A stretch of DNA of 55,056 nucleotides, counting the filler, from Dimargaris cristalligena (Eukaryota), in the NCBI GenBank assembly GCA_003614675.1. It is 3 parts of 3 records of this genome, joined end to end, with 100 filler letters (N's around TTAATTAATTAA, not from the genome) between each part and the next. Parts side by side here need not be neighbours in the genome. Positions count along the whole stretch, not along the records: positions 1 to 18,311 come from ML002770.1; positions 18,412 to 36,697 come from ML002771.1; 1 more part is not named here. The stretch is one strand, 5' to 3'. A program made the position numbers and the translations under genes. Below the pieces are notes generated by a model. It did no database searches and had not been told where the DNA came from. It saw only the letters and a list, made by a program, of their open reading frames with translations. Shown in pieces: positions 13,901-25,342 of the stretch; the stretch's first letter is position 1, and each line of letters starts with the position of its first letter.

Positions 13901-15439
13901 ATGAGTACTTCTAACGAACTCCCTTCCCTTACCAAAATCCACCAGCTACCTCCACTCGAGCACCCTGGTGCCCAAGCTCAGGGCCATAATAATATCCGCC
14001 CGACCAGTGCCCCCCAACTGCCCCTGCTCAGCACCTATCGTTTCCCCCCCAAGAACGAGTTCTGCTCGCCCGAACGCCCTCCTTCCACCGACCGCTTCGG
14101 CCACGGCCCGTCCTCCTCCACATCCCCGGGTCGCCTAGACCATTCTTACCCGGAACAAGTCTCTCCTGACTCTAGTCTGGAGTCTTCCCTACTCACCGAA
14201 CCCCTGAAGATAAAAATGGAGGACCCTTACCTTCCCGCCTACCGACGCCACTCTATTGCTGCGGCCTCGCGCTTTAACGACGGGGGCTCCCCCCTTTCCC
14301 GTGAAATCGACCCGCGGGACTCCCATTTACCTCCTCCACCACCACTTCCCTCTATGAGCCGCAACAGCTTGCACCCGCACGATGTCCGCATCCCAGGCCC
14401 CCGCGACCTTCCTCCTATCCCTGAGATGAACACTTCCCCGAACAAGCGAAAGGAGCCCTCGAGCCCCGCGGACCACATGCGGCCGGATAATGAAATTAAA
14501 CGCCCAAACCCACATGGCGGAGAATACTATGCCCACCCGCCGCCGCCACCACTGCCCGGTCACGAGGGTGGTCGCCACGGCCCGGCTGGTCTGTCGGCGT
14601 ATCCCCGTAATCGCCTGCTTCCCCCGGGGGCTTATGATAACGCCAACCGTCGGTTTTCACTGCCCGCACCGCCCCCACATATGCCCCGACCCGGTCCTAA
14701 CGGGTCCGTCCACCAACACTCCCCCCATCACACATCCAGTAATTACAACGCCTCAAGCAATACCAGCACCGGGGCCGGTCCCCCGCCGAACTACTACAGT
14801 CGGCCACCACCCCCATCCGAATTCGCCCACCCGGCCCACGGTGGCGGCCCTTCGTCTTCATCTTTCCGGCCACCGACCTCGGGTCCCTCGCCCCCTGGTC
14901 CGAATGGCCCCATGTCCAGCAGTCACTCCGCCGAAATTCCGGACTACCCTGACTCGTTTAATATGGCTCGCCGGGCTTCAATGCCGGTAATTGCCCACGA
15001 TGGAATGAAACCCAGCGGTGACCGGTTCCATCATCCTTCCCCATACCCAGGCCCCACCAATGGAACCAGCGGCCGTCCCGAAGGGGCCTCCGGCCCCTAC
15101 GGCTACCCTCACCCCTTCTCGAGTTTAAATGGCCATGGCTATGTGGCCCATCGGGAAATTGCCAAGAGCGAGACTCCTTATTCCCGCTCCCCCGAGCTGC
15201 GTGTGTCGCACAAGATGGCCGAGCGGAAACGGCGAAAGGAAATGAAGGATCTCTTTGACGAACTGCGGGACACCCTTCCCCTCGACAAGAGCCTCAAAAC
15301 GAGCAAATGGGAGATTTTGAGCAAGGCCATTGACTTTATCACCGCCCTGAAGTCGAGTGAATCGGACCTGAGGAGCGAGTGCGATAGCCTACGTAACCAA
15401 TTGTCGGTACTCAAACAGGGTCGGAGATCTTCAACATAA
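13901..15439 (+). CDS. bHLH transcription factor, Esc1/DevR family, 512 aa
   Basis: Single coding exon. Pro/His-rich disordered N-terminus. C-terminal TPYSRSPELRVSHKMAERKRRKEMKDLFDELRDTLP..KTSKWEILSKAIDFI matches the S. pombe Esc1 / Aspergillus DevR-type bHLH and is followed by a short coiled coil. Confidence 0.92.
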   Translation: MSTSNELPSLTKIHQLPPLEHPGAQAQGHNNIRPTSAPQLPLLSTYRFPPKNEFCSPERPPSTDRFGHGPSSSTSPGRLDHSYPEQVSPDSSLESSLLTEPLKIKMEDPYLPAYRRHSIAAASRFNDGGSPLSREIDPRDSHLPPPPPLPSMSRNSLHPHDVRIPGPRDLPPIPEMNTSPNKRKEPSSPADHMRPDNEIKRPNPHGGEYYAHPPPPPLPGHEGGRHGPAGLSAYPRNRLLPPGAYDNANRRFSLPAPPPHMPRPGPNGSVHQHSPHHTSSNYNASSNTSTGAGPPPNYYSRPPPPSEFAHPAHGGGPSSSSFRPPTSGPSPPGPNGPMSSSHSAEIPDYPDSFNMARRASMPVIAHDGMKPSGDRFHHPSPYPGPTNGTSGRPEGASGPYGYPHPFSSLNGHGYVAHREIAKSETPYSRSPELRVSHKMAERKRRKEMKDLFDELRDTLPLDKSLKTSKWEILSKAIDFITALKSSESDLRSECDSLRNQLSVLKQGRRSST

Positions 15440-18311
15440 TTTTAATTGCATTTATTATTATCGTTGTGGGTGTGAGTGGGTGACTGAGATGTACAGCGGA
15501 GGCCAATCTGTTACGCGTTTCTTTATGGGTTGGGTGTGTGTACATGAAGAGGGACTGGCGATGGAGCAAGGTGTATATCATTGTAATATGGGAGTGTCGT
15601 TCTTTGGTCCATGGTTGTGCACACCCTATCCCAAAGACAATCCTTTACCCTGATCCAATATCCTCCCAACTCGCGGGTTAATAGTGGAGTTGGTGAGGGG
15701 CAGCGAAAGGGGGGAGATGAGGGTTTGGTCGTCGAAAAAGGGTGACCACCCTCTCCCTTGTGACGATCACCCATTACCAATAGAACAGTGTGGATATCAA
15801 TCTTCCTCCCGTTTCGTTGCTTGGCCTTATTGTTAATTACCCCGCAATGCCTCATGAATTGGATTGCCCACCCATCGTTTGATGCGCACTCCACTGGACC
15901 TCTTGGATAATTTCACCATCGGCAGTTGAACTTATTGTCAGTGAATCCTTGCTTTTTATATTTGCCATCTTTTCTCGCTTTTTATAGTTGGTTTAAAATT
16001 ACTATATACGCAAGGTTTTGACTGCTCTGCTTATGGCATGCGTCTATGCGATTCTCTTCTCTCCGCCGATACATATTCCCCATGTCCCTCATTTTCCCGA
16101 AACCGTCTCACTCCCACTCCCACTAACCACCCCTTACAATATTACCGCCGCGATGCTCATCCTCGGCCCGCGCCAATTGAATTTGCTTTTTTGCTATTAT
16201 CAATATATAACCAATCTCGTTATTTCTTTCCGCCAATCTTTGTCTATTCTACACGTTCACCCTATCCCCCACCCCCTTCCCCAGTTAAGCGAGATATATG
16301 TTTGTACGGCTTCTCAATATACGCCTTCCACTTGATAGCCCTACTTTACCCTACCTTTGATGTTTTTATCTATTATCATCCCCTGTTAGTCTTCCCCCGC
16401 CCCTCTCCTCCCCCCCCCTTACATTCATTTCCTTCCCACACACACGCGCGCCCTTCACATCCCCCTGACTTTTTTCTACCGTTGTTCTCTGAATATAAAT
16501 TCATATACATACTGTTTTTTCGATAATTACCTTAAATTATATATCGCTAATCACTTTCTTTATAACTCTCTTCTACCCACCTACCCCTCCTACACGGCTG
16601 GTGCTTTTCCCTAGTTTATTTCAGGTTTTTGGTCGCTTCTTGCTTACCTCTTTGTGGGTGTAGGGGGTGCGTGCCTATGTTTCACCCTCCCCCACCCCTG
16701 ACTCCTACCCCCTCTTCATGTACCATCGTCTTTAACGCTCCTCATTTATTTATATACTACTAATAGTGTTCTTTACTCCGATTATTCTTCTCTTACTATA
16801 GCTACTGTTATCGCCAATTTAGGATTTTGGTTCTTTTTATTATTTATTTTCATTTTTACTTTTCGAATTTGTCTTTATTTATTATTACTTTGACAGAAAT
16901 CTTGTCCTGTATTCCCACTTTTGTTACTACCATCATACGTGTAGCCCATTCGTCAGTTACTAATAGGATCGCCATGTTCTCTCGAAATATTAAAATGCAA
17001 TACTTGGTATACGTATTATGTTTCAGTGAAGGAAGTTTTAGTTAAGGGAAATATTGCAACCGCCAGGCGAGGCGGAACACCCAACTATAGAGCGACTAGG
17101 ACATCCGGCCAATGAAATCGTCCAACCCGTCCCTCCCCTTACATCCACCTCCACCGGGCAAGTGGTGAACAGCAGCCGCCCAAGCCAGTAGACAACCAAC
17201 CGAGTAGTATATAACGAATAGACACAGCATAATCTTGACTCCTTAAGTTTCGATTTAATAATCAATAAATAACTCTTTAAAACTTTTCCCGCCCAACTCG
17301 GCGCCTTGTTATTTTGTCAAATCCTTCCTTCTTTGGAAACTCGGTTAATCCATAGGTCCCACTCGACCCAAACCGTTACAATATTGAGTTATACCGATTC
17401 TTAACGAGATCTGCATACCAGCAATATGATAACTGTGGCCAACCTAAAGCGTAGCCCACTTGGATCAGATTACTAGACTACGGATATAGATATGTGTGTG
17501 TACATGCCTATCTTGTCCCGGCGGTTAGGTAATGTCCCGAAATTGTATAATTAGGGTGGTCAAAATAGGGGGATTAAATATATATATTTAATCAACCCTG
17601 TTGAGTATTAAGAGATTTCCACAGATTAAGGAACGATAGTCAGATGCATTTTAACATTGTACACGTTTTAGTAAACATGGTAATTTCAGCATTCCTTTTA
17701 CACATATAGTGTCCTATGATTATGTATATATGTGCGTGGGGGGCAGCGGTAAATGAGGAAATGGTGTTGGGATATCATATATATATATAGATATAGATAT
17801 GCGTGAGACTTAACTTAGCTTTATAAGATTTGGAAAGTAATATGTATGGGAAAACATATGAATACGTTACTTTCCACACTCGAAAATTGCTTCAAACGAG
17901 TAGTATATTATACGACCGGGTTGAACCGTTCACTTACCATGCCATATCGGCCTTAGCCCAGTCGGACTCAGTTGGGGAACTCCCGGTGCCTAGGTTGACA
18001 TGAAGCCCAGCATTTTCTCCCTTCATCTAGGCCGGCCTATAATAAAATCAACCGTCCCAACAACAACAGCAGCATCCATTGCGCCTCACTCTAGTAGCTC
18101 TCGACACCACTGCCAGTATCACATTACCCTTATTTCTGGTCTATCAGGTGATTAATATGGTATAATATGCGTGCAGTCTCTCTATGGAACGTGCCGAGTG
18201 TAACGGTTCGGCCACACAAGTAAGGCACCCACCACATACCGTGAACCCAATAGACTACGTAGGTGGCTGTGGTTCAAGGTAGGACACAGAAAGGCGATAA
18301 TGGTGGGACCT

Positions 18312-18411
18312 NNNNNNNNNNNNNNNNNNNNNNNNNNNNNNNNNNNNNNNNNNNNTTAATTAATTAANNNNNNNNNNNNNNNNNNNNNNNNNNNNNNNNN
18401 NNNNNNNNNNN
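18312..18411. other. artificial contig spacer (N44-TTAATTAATTAA-N44)
   Basis: 100-nt block with a central six-frame-stop palindrome at 18356-18367. An identical block occurs at 36698-36797. Confidence 0.97.
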
Positions 18412-18412
18412 A

Positions 18413-18484
18413 TCCGATATGGTCCAATGGTTAGGATTTCGCGCTTTCACCGCGACGGCCGGGGTTCGATTCCCCGTATCGGAG
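18413..18484 (+). tRNA. tRNA-Glu (anticodon TTC), intronless
   Basis: Acceptor stem TCCGATA/TATCGGA, D-loop with TGG, anticodon arm TCGCG-CTTTCAC-CGCGA, T-arm CGGGG-TTCGATT-CCCCG; 72 nt. Confidence 0.97.
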
Positions 18485-18487
18485 TGG

Positions 18488-18494
18488 TTTTTTT
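18488..18494 (+). terminator. RNA polymerase III T7 terminator
   Basis: A run of 7 T begins 4 nt after the tRNA discriminator base. Confidence 0.8.
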
Positions 18495-21000
18495 AATTTT
18501 TATTAAAAATAATTTTCTGTGATAACTTACTGTACTGAAGTAGGCTTTATTTGAATGAATCTCACCTTTCTAGGTACCTTTTAACAGTATTATATTATTA
18601 TTTCATTAGCAGTTTAGTATTATTGTGATTAACCACTGCTGGCCAATACTCACTACTTGCCTAGTACTGGGGGGGTGGTAATAAGGGGTTGTAATAAATA
18701 TTACTACATATGTAGTACTGTGGCCCAGGGATCTGGGAGGGTTCAATATAGCCCCACTGGGTTGAGGGGTACTGGACTGTGAGGAGGAGGATGGCATCAA
18801 TAACTACTTAAGTATGGATCTAGGGCAAAACAGCAGTAGTGAGGGTAATGATAACTAGGACTATCTCTTTTGGAAATACAAAATGGTGATGGGACATATG
18901 AGACATAATATAATTTAATAAGTATCAAAAAAAAATTATGAAAAAAATTGAATAAATCAATAAGATTGGCTGATATTAACACAACCAAGGAATCCTAGCT
19001 ACTTTTGGCTTCACCCTTGTGGATCCTTTTATAATAAATAAATGAACAGGATATTTTAAAGAAGTATTCAGAAACTAGATTATATAAAACTTATTTATAA
19101 ACACTTGGGAGAGTATCAGATCATCTAATCCTTCTTAATCCAGATGCCTCAGTCTCTGTCTCTATTAGGCCTTATAGTACCATATTAACCTTCCCATGGT
19201 CACCCCTGGTACTATGGGGTTAACCTATATCATATAACCCTTCCCCTTCTGGACTCTGCCTCTTTGCACTAATCACTCAGGTGCTAATCCAAAGACTCTT
19301 TTAGTTACCATCAGAGTCTTCCAGATACTAGCAGCTCTCCAGTTGGCCTATTTACCTATATTTAACTATAGTAGTATCCTTCCCCCGGGACCTCCCTCTG
19401 GAGATGTCTCTGCATATATATAACTAGGCCCCATTGGGGCCAGTTTGAGAGCTTAGCTTATTTTAACCCCTTAGTTTACCCCAATAAACACTATATATGC
19501 TCACACCCTTTATACTGACTAGTAAGTGTGCCTGCTGCATGTCCCTTATATATATGTACTACCTGGGATGTCCGGCCTATTGTTAGCAGCCTTCGGGATT
19601 TGCAAGGAGGCAGTGGCCTCCTTATCAATATGGCCTGAAGTCACGGCAGCCAGCTCCCTGGTGGCAGAAGATGGAGGTTCACAGAGTGGGATGAGACCAG
19701 GGTAGAATTGGACATTGACATAGTGGGGTTTCAGAGGGGGCAGGTGGTCAGTGGATTGGACAGAGGATGGGAGGAGGATATAATAAGTGATATAAGAGTT
19801 TTATTGAAAATAAATATAAGAAATGGTAGTATTAAATAATAAGAAATAATCAATAAAAAAATCAGGACTGAGTTCAAGGAATTATGGAATTTGAGTTTGA
19901 AATAAAATGAGTGATAATTGATTTCTCAAACAAGTAGGAATTCACTGGTTACTTATGTAGCCATCCTGAGGGCCTTAGGGACCGTTAGGTGCAAGAAAAA
20001 GGATGTAGAGAAAGGTCAAGAAATGGAACAAGATGGAATAACTGGGGATCCACCAAAAAATAGGTCAGACTTTTAGAAGCAAGGAAAAAAAGGTGGGCTT
20101 TTTAATGCAAACCATGAGTATAAAGTAATGAATAGTATTTTTGTTAGCTTTTGTATATGCCACAGTGTAGGCAGTATATATATATATATATATATTTATG
20201 GGTAAATGGCGGGAGTAATACTGCTATTGCATGTTACGGCATATTCTGCCCTCTGACAATGAGGACTGGCTGCCCATAGTCTGGGGATAAGTGCCAACCT
20301 CCAGATGGCACTACATCTACAAGTATAGAAGAGTGCCTCTCTAAATGCAATTGCCACTCCATCTTTTGATGGGCTGAAATAGACCCCTGATGAGCAGTGG
20401 GGGCAATGCTGTTTTACAAACCCACTAGCCTGTGTCACCTATTAGGATTAGGGACAGTTTAATACCCATGCCGGGAATTTAGATTGGGCCATGAGTAGTT
20501 AGTTTTTACAAAGTAGCTAAAAATGGGGGTCGGCTTGAGGATCTGCTCATATGCCCCGCCTTTCACTGACCTAATGCCTATATAGATGCTACAGTATGTA
20601 AACATACTAAGATAGCGTCTGACATCTCTACCGGACTGGGTGCTGCTCAATCTTCATATTATTTCTACCCAGCACCAGTTGTCTCAAGGGATAGATGGCT
20701 AGTATTCGGCTTAAGATTCTATACGACTGTGATTATATGGTTACATATAACCATTGCTCTGTCTATAATTGAAAATTCTACTAAACATGATGGGCTTAAC
20801 CATCACCTTTCGGGCTAGGGCACTTTGACATATTTGTAGTGTGGTTGGTAACCACTGCTCTTGTGATTTTGAACTAAGCCAATCTGGTAGATTTCAGCTG
20901 TATTTGTTTAATATTTACAGCTAAAAGTTCAGGGGCCGTATACTTAGTGTTAGACCAGTCGGGCTCTGTGGAGACATCCTAGTACTCTAGTCACACCCAC
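18495..21000. other. CpG-depleted degenerate sequence (probable decayed repeat/transposon or pseudogene)
   Basis: No CpG at all in 18485-19385 and only 10 up to 20600, with abundant TA/TG/CA and no long ORF. No recognisable transposase motif or terminal repeat was found, so the identity is unresolved. Confidence 0.5.
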
Positions 21001-21576
21001 CGAAGTGCAATTATTCACTTACTCGACCATTTAACTAACCCCATCAACTAAAACCTATAGTAACCCTGCACTTTTCCGCCTCTTGAGGACTTTTGGGGCT
21101 GTTAACTACTTTGGTCGACCGGCTGTTCGCTTTAGCCAACACCCGTATAATTAATTATACCTGATGATCCAGCTCATCCCATTAGTAACACCCAAAAACC
21201 GATAATCGGGTACGGTGGGTTATGAGTGATACCCCAGGAACTATATAGCCCCTCAGTACCCTAAATATACAAGTAGCGTAAAATCTAAACAGAGCTGCTT
21301 AGTGTTTAGATTCCGCGACGTCCCAACCATAACTGTTGTTTATTTACCCTCTGCTCGAGCTGGCTGCACTTCTAGACCTCAGTTGGTTCTTTTCGTTAGA
21401 TATTTCTTTCCTGATTCCACTCATGCCCTTCAGACCATATTTAGTTGGCCATTCTTGCATTTCCGCCCGCTGTCCATTCGGCCTGTCCCGTTATTGACCA
21501 GTGTCTAAACTTACCAATCGCCGTGATCGACACGCCGGGGACGTGTTATCAGGCTGGGCGAACCCGCAATCCAACC

Positions 21577-24500
21577 ATGACCTGCCAGGATGATTTGTCA
21601 CGATTCTTGAAACAATACGGGCAGAACCAAACAATCCAAAGAAATCTGACTGCCCTCCTAGCCAAATTAAGCGAGACCTCCCTAAACACCAACGAATTGA
21701 GCGCTATCCCCATTTCCGGCGATGCGCCGTCTCTCTCCACATTACCCTCCGACCTACGGCACTGTGAACGCCTTTTCCAGACACCGTCTACTACAGCCCT
21801 TTCTCCAAGTCAAGCGGCCCTCCCCTGGGTCGAGGCGTATAAACCACTGAAGGACAGTGATATCTGCGGTAATGTACCCCAGGTCGAGTACATGGTACGC
21901 TGGCTCGAGCACTGGAAATTACCGGGTGCCTCGGACTCTACCTCGGCAACCGATGCCGAGGCGTCCACTGTGGACGAGACCCATGTCGGTTTTGACCGGG
22001 CCCAATCAGCACCATCCCGGGTTACGGACAAGAGTAACCCCGCTCGTCCTCCGGTAACGCGGCTGCCATCCCTGTTTCGAACCGAAGTATCCCAATCGTC
22101 ATCACGCAGCACCAAAAATAAGACAGCTGATGCGGGACTTCCTCTTACCAGTGATGGCTTTTATCGGTATAGCATTTCCGATCCCATTTTTGATGAGGAC
22201 TCCTCGTATACTAGATTAGCCGCTAAAGGAAACGACGATGAAGACTTCATGTCGCCTCGGTGGAAAGCGGTAAAACGTAGTAACTCTACCCAGCGAACTG
22301 GGCCCAGTCAAAAAAGATCCCGCTCGGACAATGATACTACCGGCGTAGCTCCTCCTCAGTCGATATCTGAAAAGTGCCGGCCCCTTCGTCGATCACCAAG
22401 GGAGGATATTACCGATCCCGAGTTTCCGCTTGATCCTCATCTTAAGGCATCGGTTGCCGAAACCCCCGCGTCGCCTGAAGGTCATTTATCCAATATCATC
22501 CTGGTCCTTGGACCGGTCGGTTGCGGAAAAACTGCCGCTGTGTACGCATGCGCCCACCAGTGTAATTACAAAGTCCTCGAACTCAATCCTGGCGTGCGTC
22601 GAAGCGGAAAAATAGTGGTGCAGCTATTAAGCGAGGCTACCCAAAGCCACGCCGTCCGGGGTATTTCTGCAAGTCAATCCGTGATGCACCAATGGGCCCG
22701 CTCAGTCCAAGCGAAACATGCCGCTAAACCACCACCACCCAAGGAGGCTAAGCCAACTTCCAAGTCTATCAAGTCGTTTTTTAAACCAGCTCCGCAGCTT
22801 CCCGCTCCACCCCCTCCCCTGACTTCAAAGCCGACCAGGCCGTCCTCGCCCACCCAACCAGCCCCGGCTAATAATACACTCGCGCGATTTTGGACAGCGG
22901 CGCCCAAAGAAGAGCCTACTGGATCCCAAAAAGCCGGGCCAACGCAGACCAAATCCAAACCAGCGAACCCCCCGCACCCGGAAGCACAGCCCCCTAAGCA
23001 GGTGGACCCGGTCGACGATGCTATTATTCTATCGGACGAAGAGATCCCATCGCCATCGTGGGAGAAAACGGATACCGATGAAAGGGCCGAAGGCGACGTG
23101 GACGATGTAGCTGTCGAGACCCCTTGCCTAACCACACTGGTCGACGACAGCGACTCGGATGGCTCCACTCCTTCAGCCGTGCAGACCCAGCCCCGCCAAT
23201 TACTTGTTCTGATTGAGGAAGTCGATATCATATCAGAGAGTGATCGGGGCTTTATCGGCGCTATCCAAGCCATCGCCCGCAAATCCAAACGGCCGATTAT
23301 ACTTACCAGTAATACAATGCTAAGTGCATCCACTCTCCAGGAATTGGGAATCACCAAAATCCTTAATTTCGAGTATCCTTCCCCAGGAGCTCTCGCTGCG
23401 TACCTCACCCTGTTAACAGTGCGGGAAGGTGGGTTTGAGTTTACCCCGGCTACTTTACATGCGGTGTGCCGTGCCTACCGGGGCGATATTCGGCACCTGT
23501 TAAACCAAATGGAGGTATACACCCGGTACCGGGCGAAGTCTTCGAAAGCAAACTCCGACGCGGATTGCCAAACCCAACTGCATGCGGCGCTAGCCCGCGT
23601 CCGACGGTATTTTGGTTTGCTAGAACCCCCTCTGTCGACCGACTCGGGTACTACTAAGCCCTACCATCTGGATGCTAGGGCCTTTTGCCAGCTTCTTAGT
23701 TTCCCAAGCTGGCCCATTCCTCGGCCAATTGTGCTCTCGTCTCGGCTGGATTCCGAACCGACAGATGACCTCAGCTTTGTCGCGGACTTTGGTCCTGAAG
23801 GTCACTGTGGCGGTAATTTTGGCGACAATCAGGCGTGTAAAAGGGGCGAAACATCCCCCTTCCACCGTATTGCATTAAATTACCAGTCCCAGCTATGGCC
23901 CTATCTCGATGCCTCGGATTCTGGTTGCCAATCCCAGCCAGCACCAACATTGCCCGCCCTCTATGATCTGCTAGACAGGTGGCCCTTACAGCGCAACCCT
24001 ACTTCAGAATCGGCGTCAGCCCGGCAAACCTGCCAAGTCCTTGATGGACTAGCGGATTATTATGAATCATTATCTAGTCTAGATTCCACTTTCGGTGATG
24101 CTACTATCTCCCAGTGGCGGGACCTTAAGCTGGATAACTTTGATGAAGGGGTGTATCCAGAAGAACGTGAGGATGCGATGCAAGACCGCAGCTTGGAAAC
24201 TGAATTTAACACCACCACTGCGGCTTACCGTGCATGTTTAGGGCCCCTGGTGGCCTATCGGGTTACCGCGTCAAGTTTCGCGCAGGACTCCGAAGAAGAA
24301 ACACCACCCCCACCCAGCCTCTCCGCTGATGAAATGGCCTTTTCGGCCGGCCTGATTTTGTCCCAAACTTATCCACACGCCTCGACCAACCCCAACCACA
24401 CCCTATTCTCGGCCCCTATGGCGGCGCAAGGGGTACCCCCAATCCGGGCCGTGCTATTTTTCCCCATTACCCTGGGGATTATCAACACTTCCTGCCAGGC

Positions 24501-24771
24501 GTTGGCGTGCGACTATAGTACTCAGCTGCGGCAAATACTGGCTACCTACCACGCCCACCGGCAATTGGCACTGGCCAACAACGATACGCGGGCCTTCCGT
24601 CGGGCCATGCGGGGCTATGGCCAAACGATTGTCCAAACCATGGACCCGTTTCTGCAGCAAGACCCGGCGGAGTTCACCCACGATACGTACGATTCAATGC
24701 TGAGAACGCGGTATGAAGTGCTGCAGGGACTCATGAAACCACTCCCTGTTGAACTCCGAATGGTCGATTAG
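21577..24771 (+). CDS. ELG1: Elg1/ATAD5, large subunit of the alternative RFC (PCNA unloader)
   Basis: WVEAYKP (RFC box), Walker A GPVGCGKT, ELNPGVRRSG, Walker B LIEEVD, SKRPIILTSN, GDIR. The frame is open from 21445 and the first ATG is at 21577; a further upstream exon cannot be excluded. Confidence 0.9.
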   Translation: MTCQDDLSRFLKQYGQNQTIQRNLTALLAKLSETSLNTNELSAIPISGDAPSLSTLPSDLRHCERLFQTPSTTALSPSQAALPWVEAYKPLKDSDICGNVPQVEYMVRWLEHWKLPGASDSTSATDAEASTVDETHVGFDRAQSAPSRVTDKSNPARPPVTRLPSLFRTEVSQSSSRSTKNKTADAGLPLTSDGFYRYSISDPIFDEDSSYTRLAAKGNDDEDFMSPRWKAVKRSNSTQRTGPSQKRSRSDNDTTGVAPPQSISEKCRPLRRSPREDITDPEFPLDPHLKASVAETPASPEGHLSNIILVLGPVGCGKTAAVYACAHQCNYKVLELNPGVRRSGKIVVQLLSEATQSHAVRGISASQSVMHQWARSVQAKHAAKPPPPKEAKPTSKSIKSFFKPAPQLPAPPPPLTSKPTRPSSPTQPAPANNTLARFWTAAPKEEPTGSQKAGPTQTKSKPANPPHPEAQPPKQVDPVDDAIILSDEEIPSPSWEKTDTDERAEGDVDDVAVETPCLTTLVDDSDSDGSTPSAVQTQPRQLLVLIEEVDIISESDRGFIGAIQAIARKSKRPIILTSNTMLSASTLQELGITKILNFEYPSPGALAAYLTLLTVREGGFEFTPATLHAVCRAYRGDIRHLLNQMEVYTRYRAKSSKANSDADCQTQLHAALARVRRYFGLLEPPLSTDSGTTKPYHLDARAFCQLLSFPSWPIPRPIVLSSRLDSEPTDDLSFVADFGPEGHCGGNFGDNQACKRGETSPFHRIALNYQSQLWPYLDASDSGCQSQPAPTLPALYDLLDRWPLQRNPTSESASARQTCQVLDGLADYYESLSSLDSTFGDATISQWRDLKLDNFDEGVYPEEREDAMQDRSLETEFNTTTAAYRACLGPLVAYRVTASSFAQDSEEETPPPPSLSADEMAFSAGLILSQTYPHASTNPNHTLFSAPMAAQGVPPIRAVLFFPITLGIINTSCQALACDYSTQLRQILATYHAHRQLALANNDTRAFRRAMRGYGQTIVQTMDPFLQQDPAEFTHDTYDSMLRTRYEVLQGLMKPLPVELRMVD

Positions 24772-25072
24772 TGGGAAGGAGAACGAAGGGGAGAACATTC
24801 CCGCCACCAACGATAGCATACTGTGTATTTTAATTACTGTCGCTTGAGCTGGCCTTACTTTCCTGCCTATCCATACCCTCCACCCCCTCGAACTTTTAAA
24901 TTCCATTCACTGGCATGCCTTTTTGTTTCCTTGGCTTATATATACATACATATAAATTCGACATTTATTTATTACTGAGAATCTCTCGCCTGATTTATTA
25001 GACATAATTTATCTCGCATCAGGAAGGACTCTCGTAGAGCCCAACACCAATAATAGTATTCAATGTACCTTA

Positions 25073-25082
25073 ATCACGTGAC
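25073..25082. promoter_or_regulatory. palindromic E-box ATCACGTGAC (Cbf1-type RTCACGTG on both strands) upstream of IPI3
   Basis: Motif match ~265 nt upstream of the IPI3 ATG; function is inferred only. Confidence 0.3.
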
Positions 25083-25342
25083 CATTTGTATTAACGTATT
25101 CTTTTACATTTATTGATTTGGGATGGATCGAGGGCAAGAGTGAGAGGGATATCCCACCAAGCTTACATTTTACTTTTTTCTTACTCTTGTATAATTTAAT
25201 ACTGGAGGTGCGCTAGACGTCGTGGTCGCCTATTATATTCTTCATTCGTATGGACCCCTCCTAATTCTACACCATTTCCCGACTTGCCTTAAAGGACTAA
25301 TATTTCTATTGCCCCTAGCCTACTTTTCAGCCGTCCACTGCC

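Noticed and set aside
15440-17050. ORFs downstream of the bHLH gene
   Set aside because: Low-complexity pyrimidine/AT-rich sequence typical of a long 3' UTR, with no coding signature.
18356-18367. Palindromic TTAATTAATTAA (also 36742-36753) as a biological element
   Set aside because: It is centred in symmetric N44 runs and gives stops in all six frames, so it is a concatenation linker. The '...XXXLIN' end of the 1527-aa ORF is an artefact of it.
18495-21000. tRNA-targeted retrotransposon or tRNA-derived SINE
   Set aside because: The tRNA is intact with its own T7 terminator. No LTR, poly-A tail, target-site duplication or RT motif could be recognised, so only the compositional anomaly is reported.
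21445-21576. TTG start for ELG1 (likewise TTG/GTG starts of other track ORFs such as 2240, 32077, 35510, 41325)
   Set aside because: These are eukaryotic genes. The positions are upstream of the first ATG, inside introns or internal to exons.
22674-23408. 244-aa antisense ORF, and the many 60-180 aa ORFs overlapping real genes or the NRPS
   Set aside because: Shadow frames of GC-rich coding sequence with no recognisable motifs.
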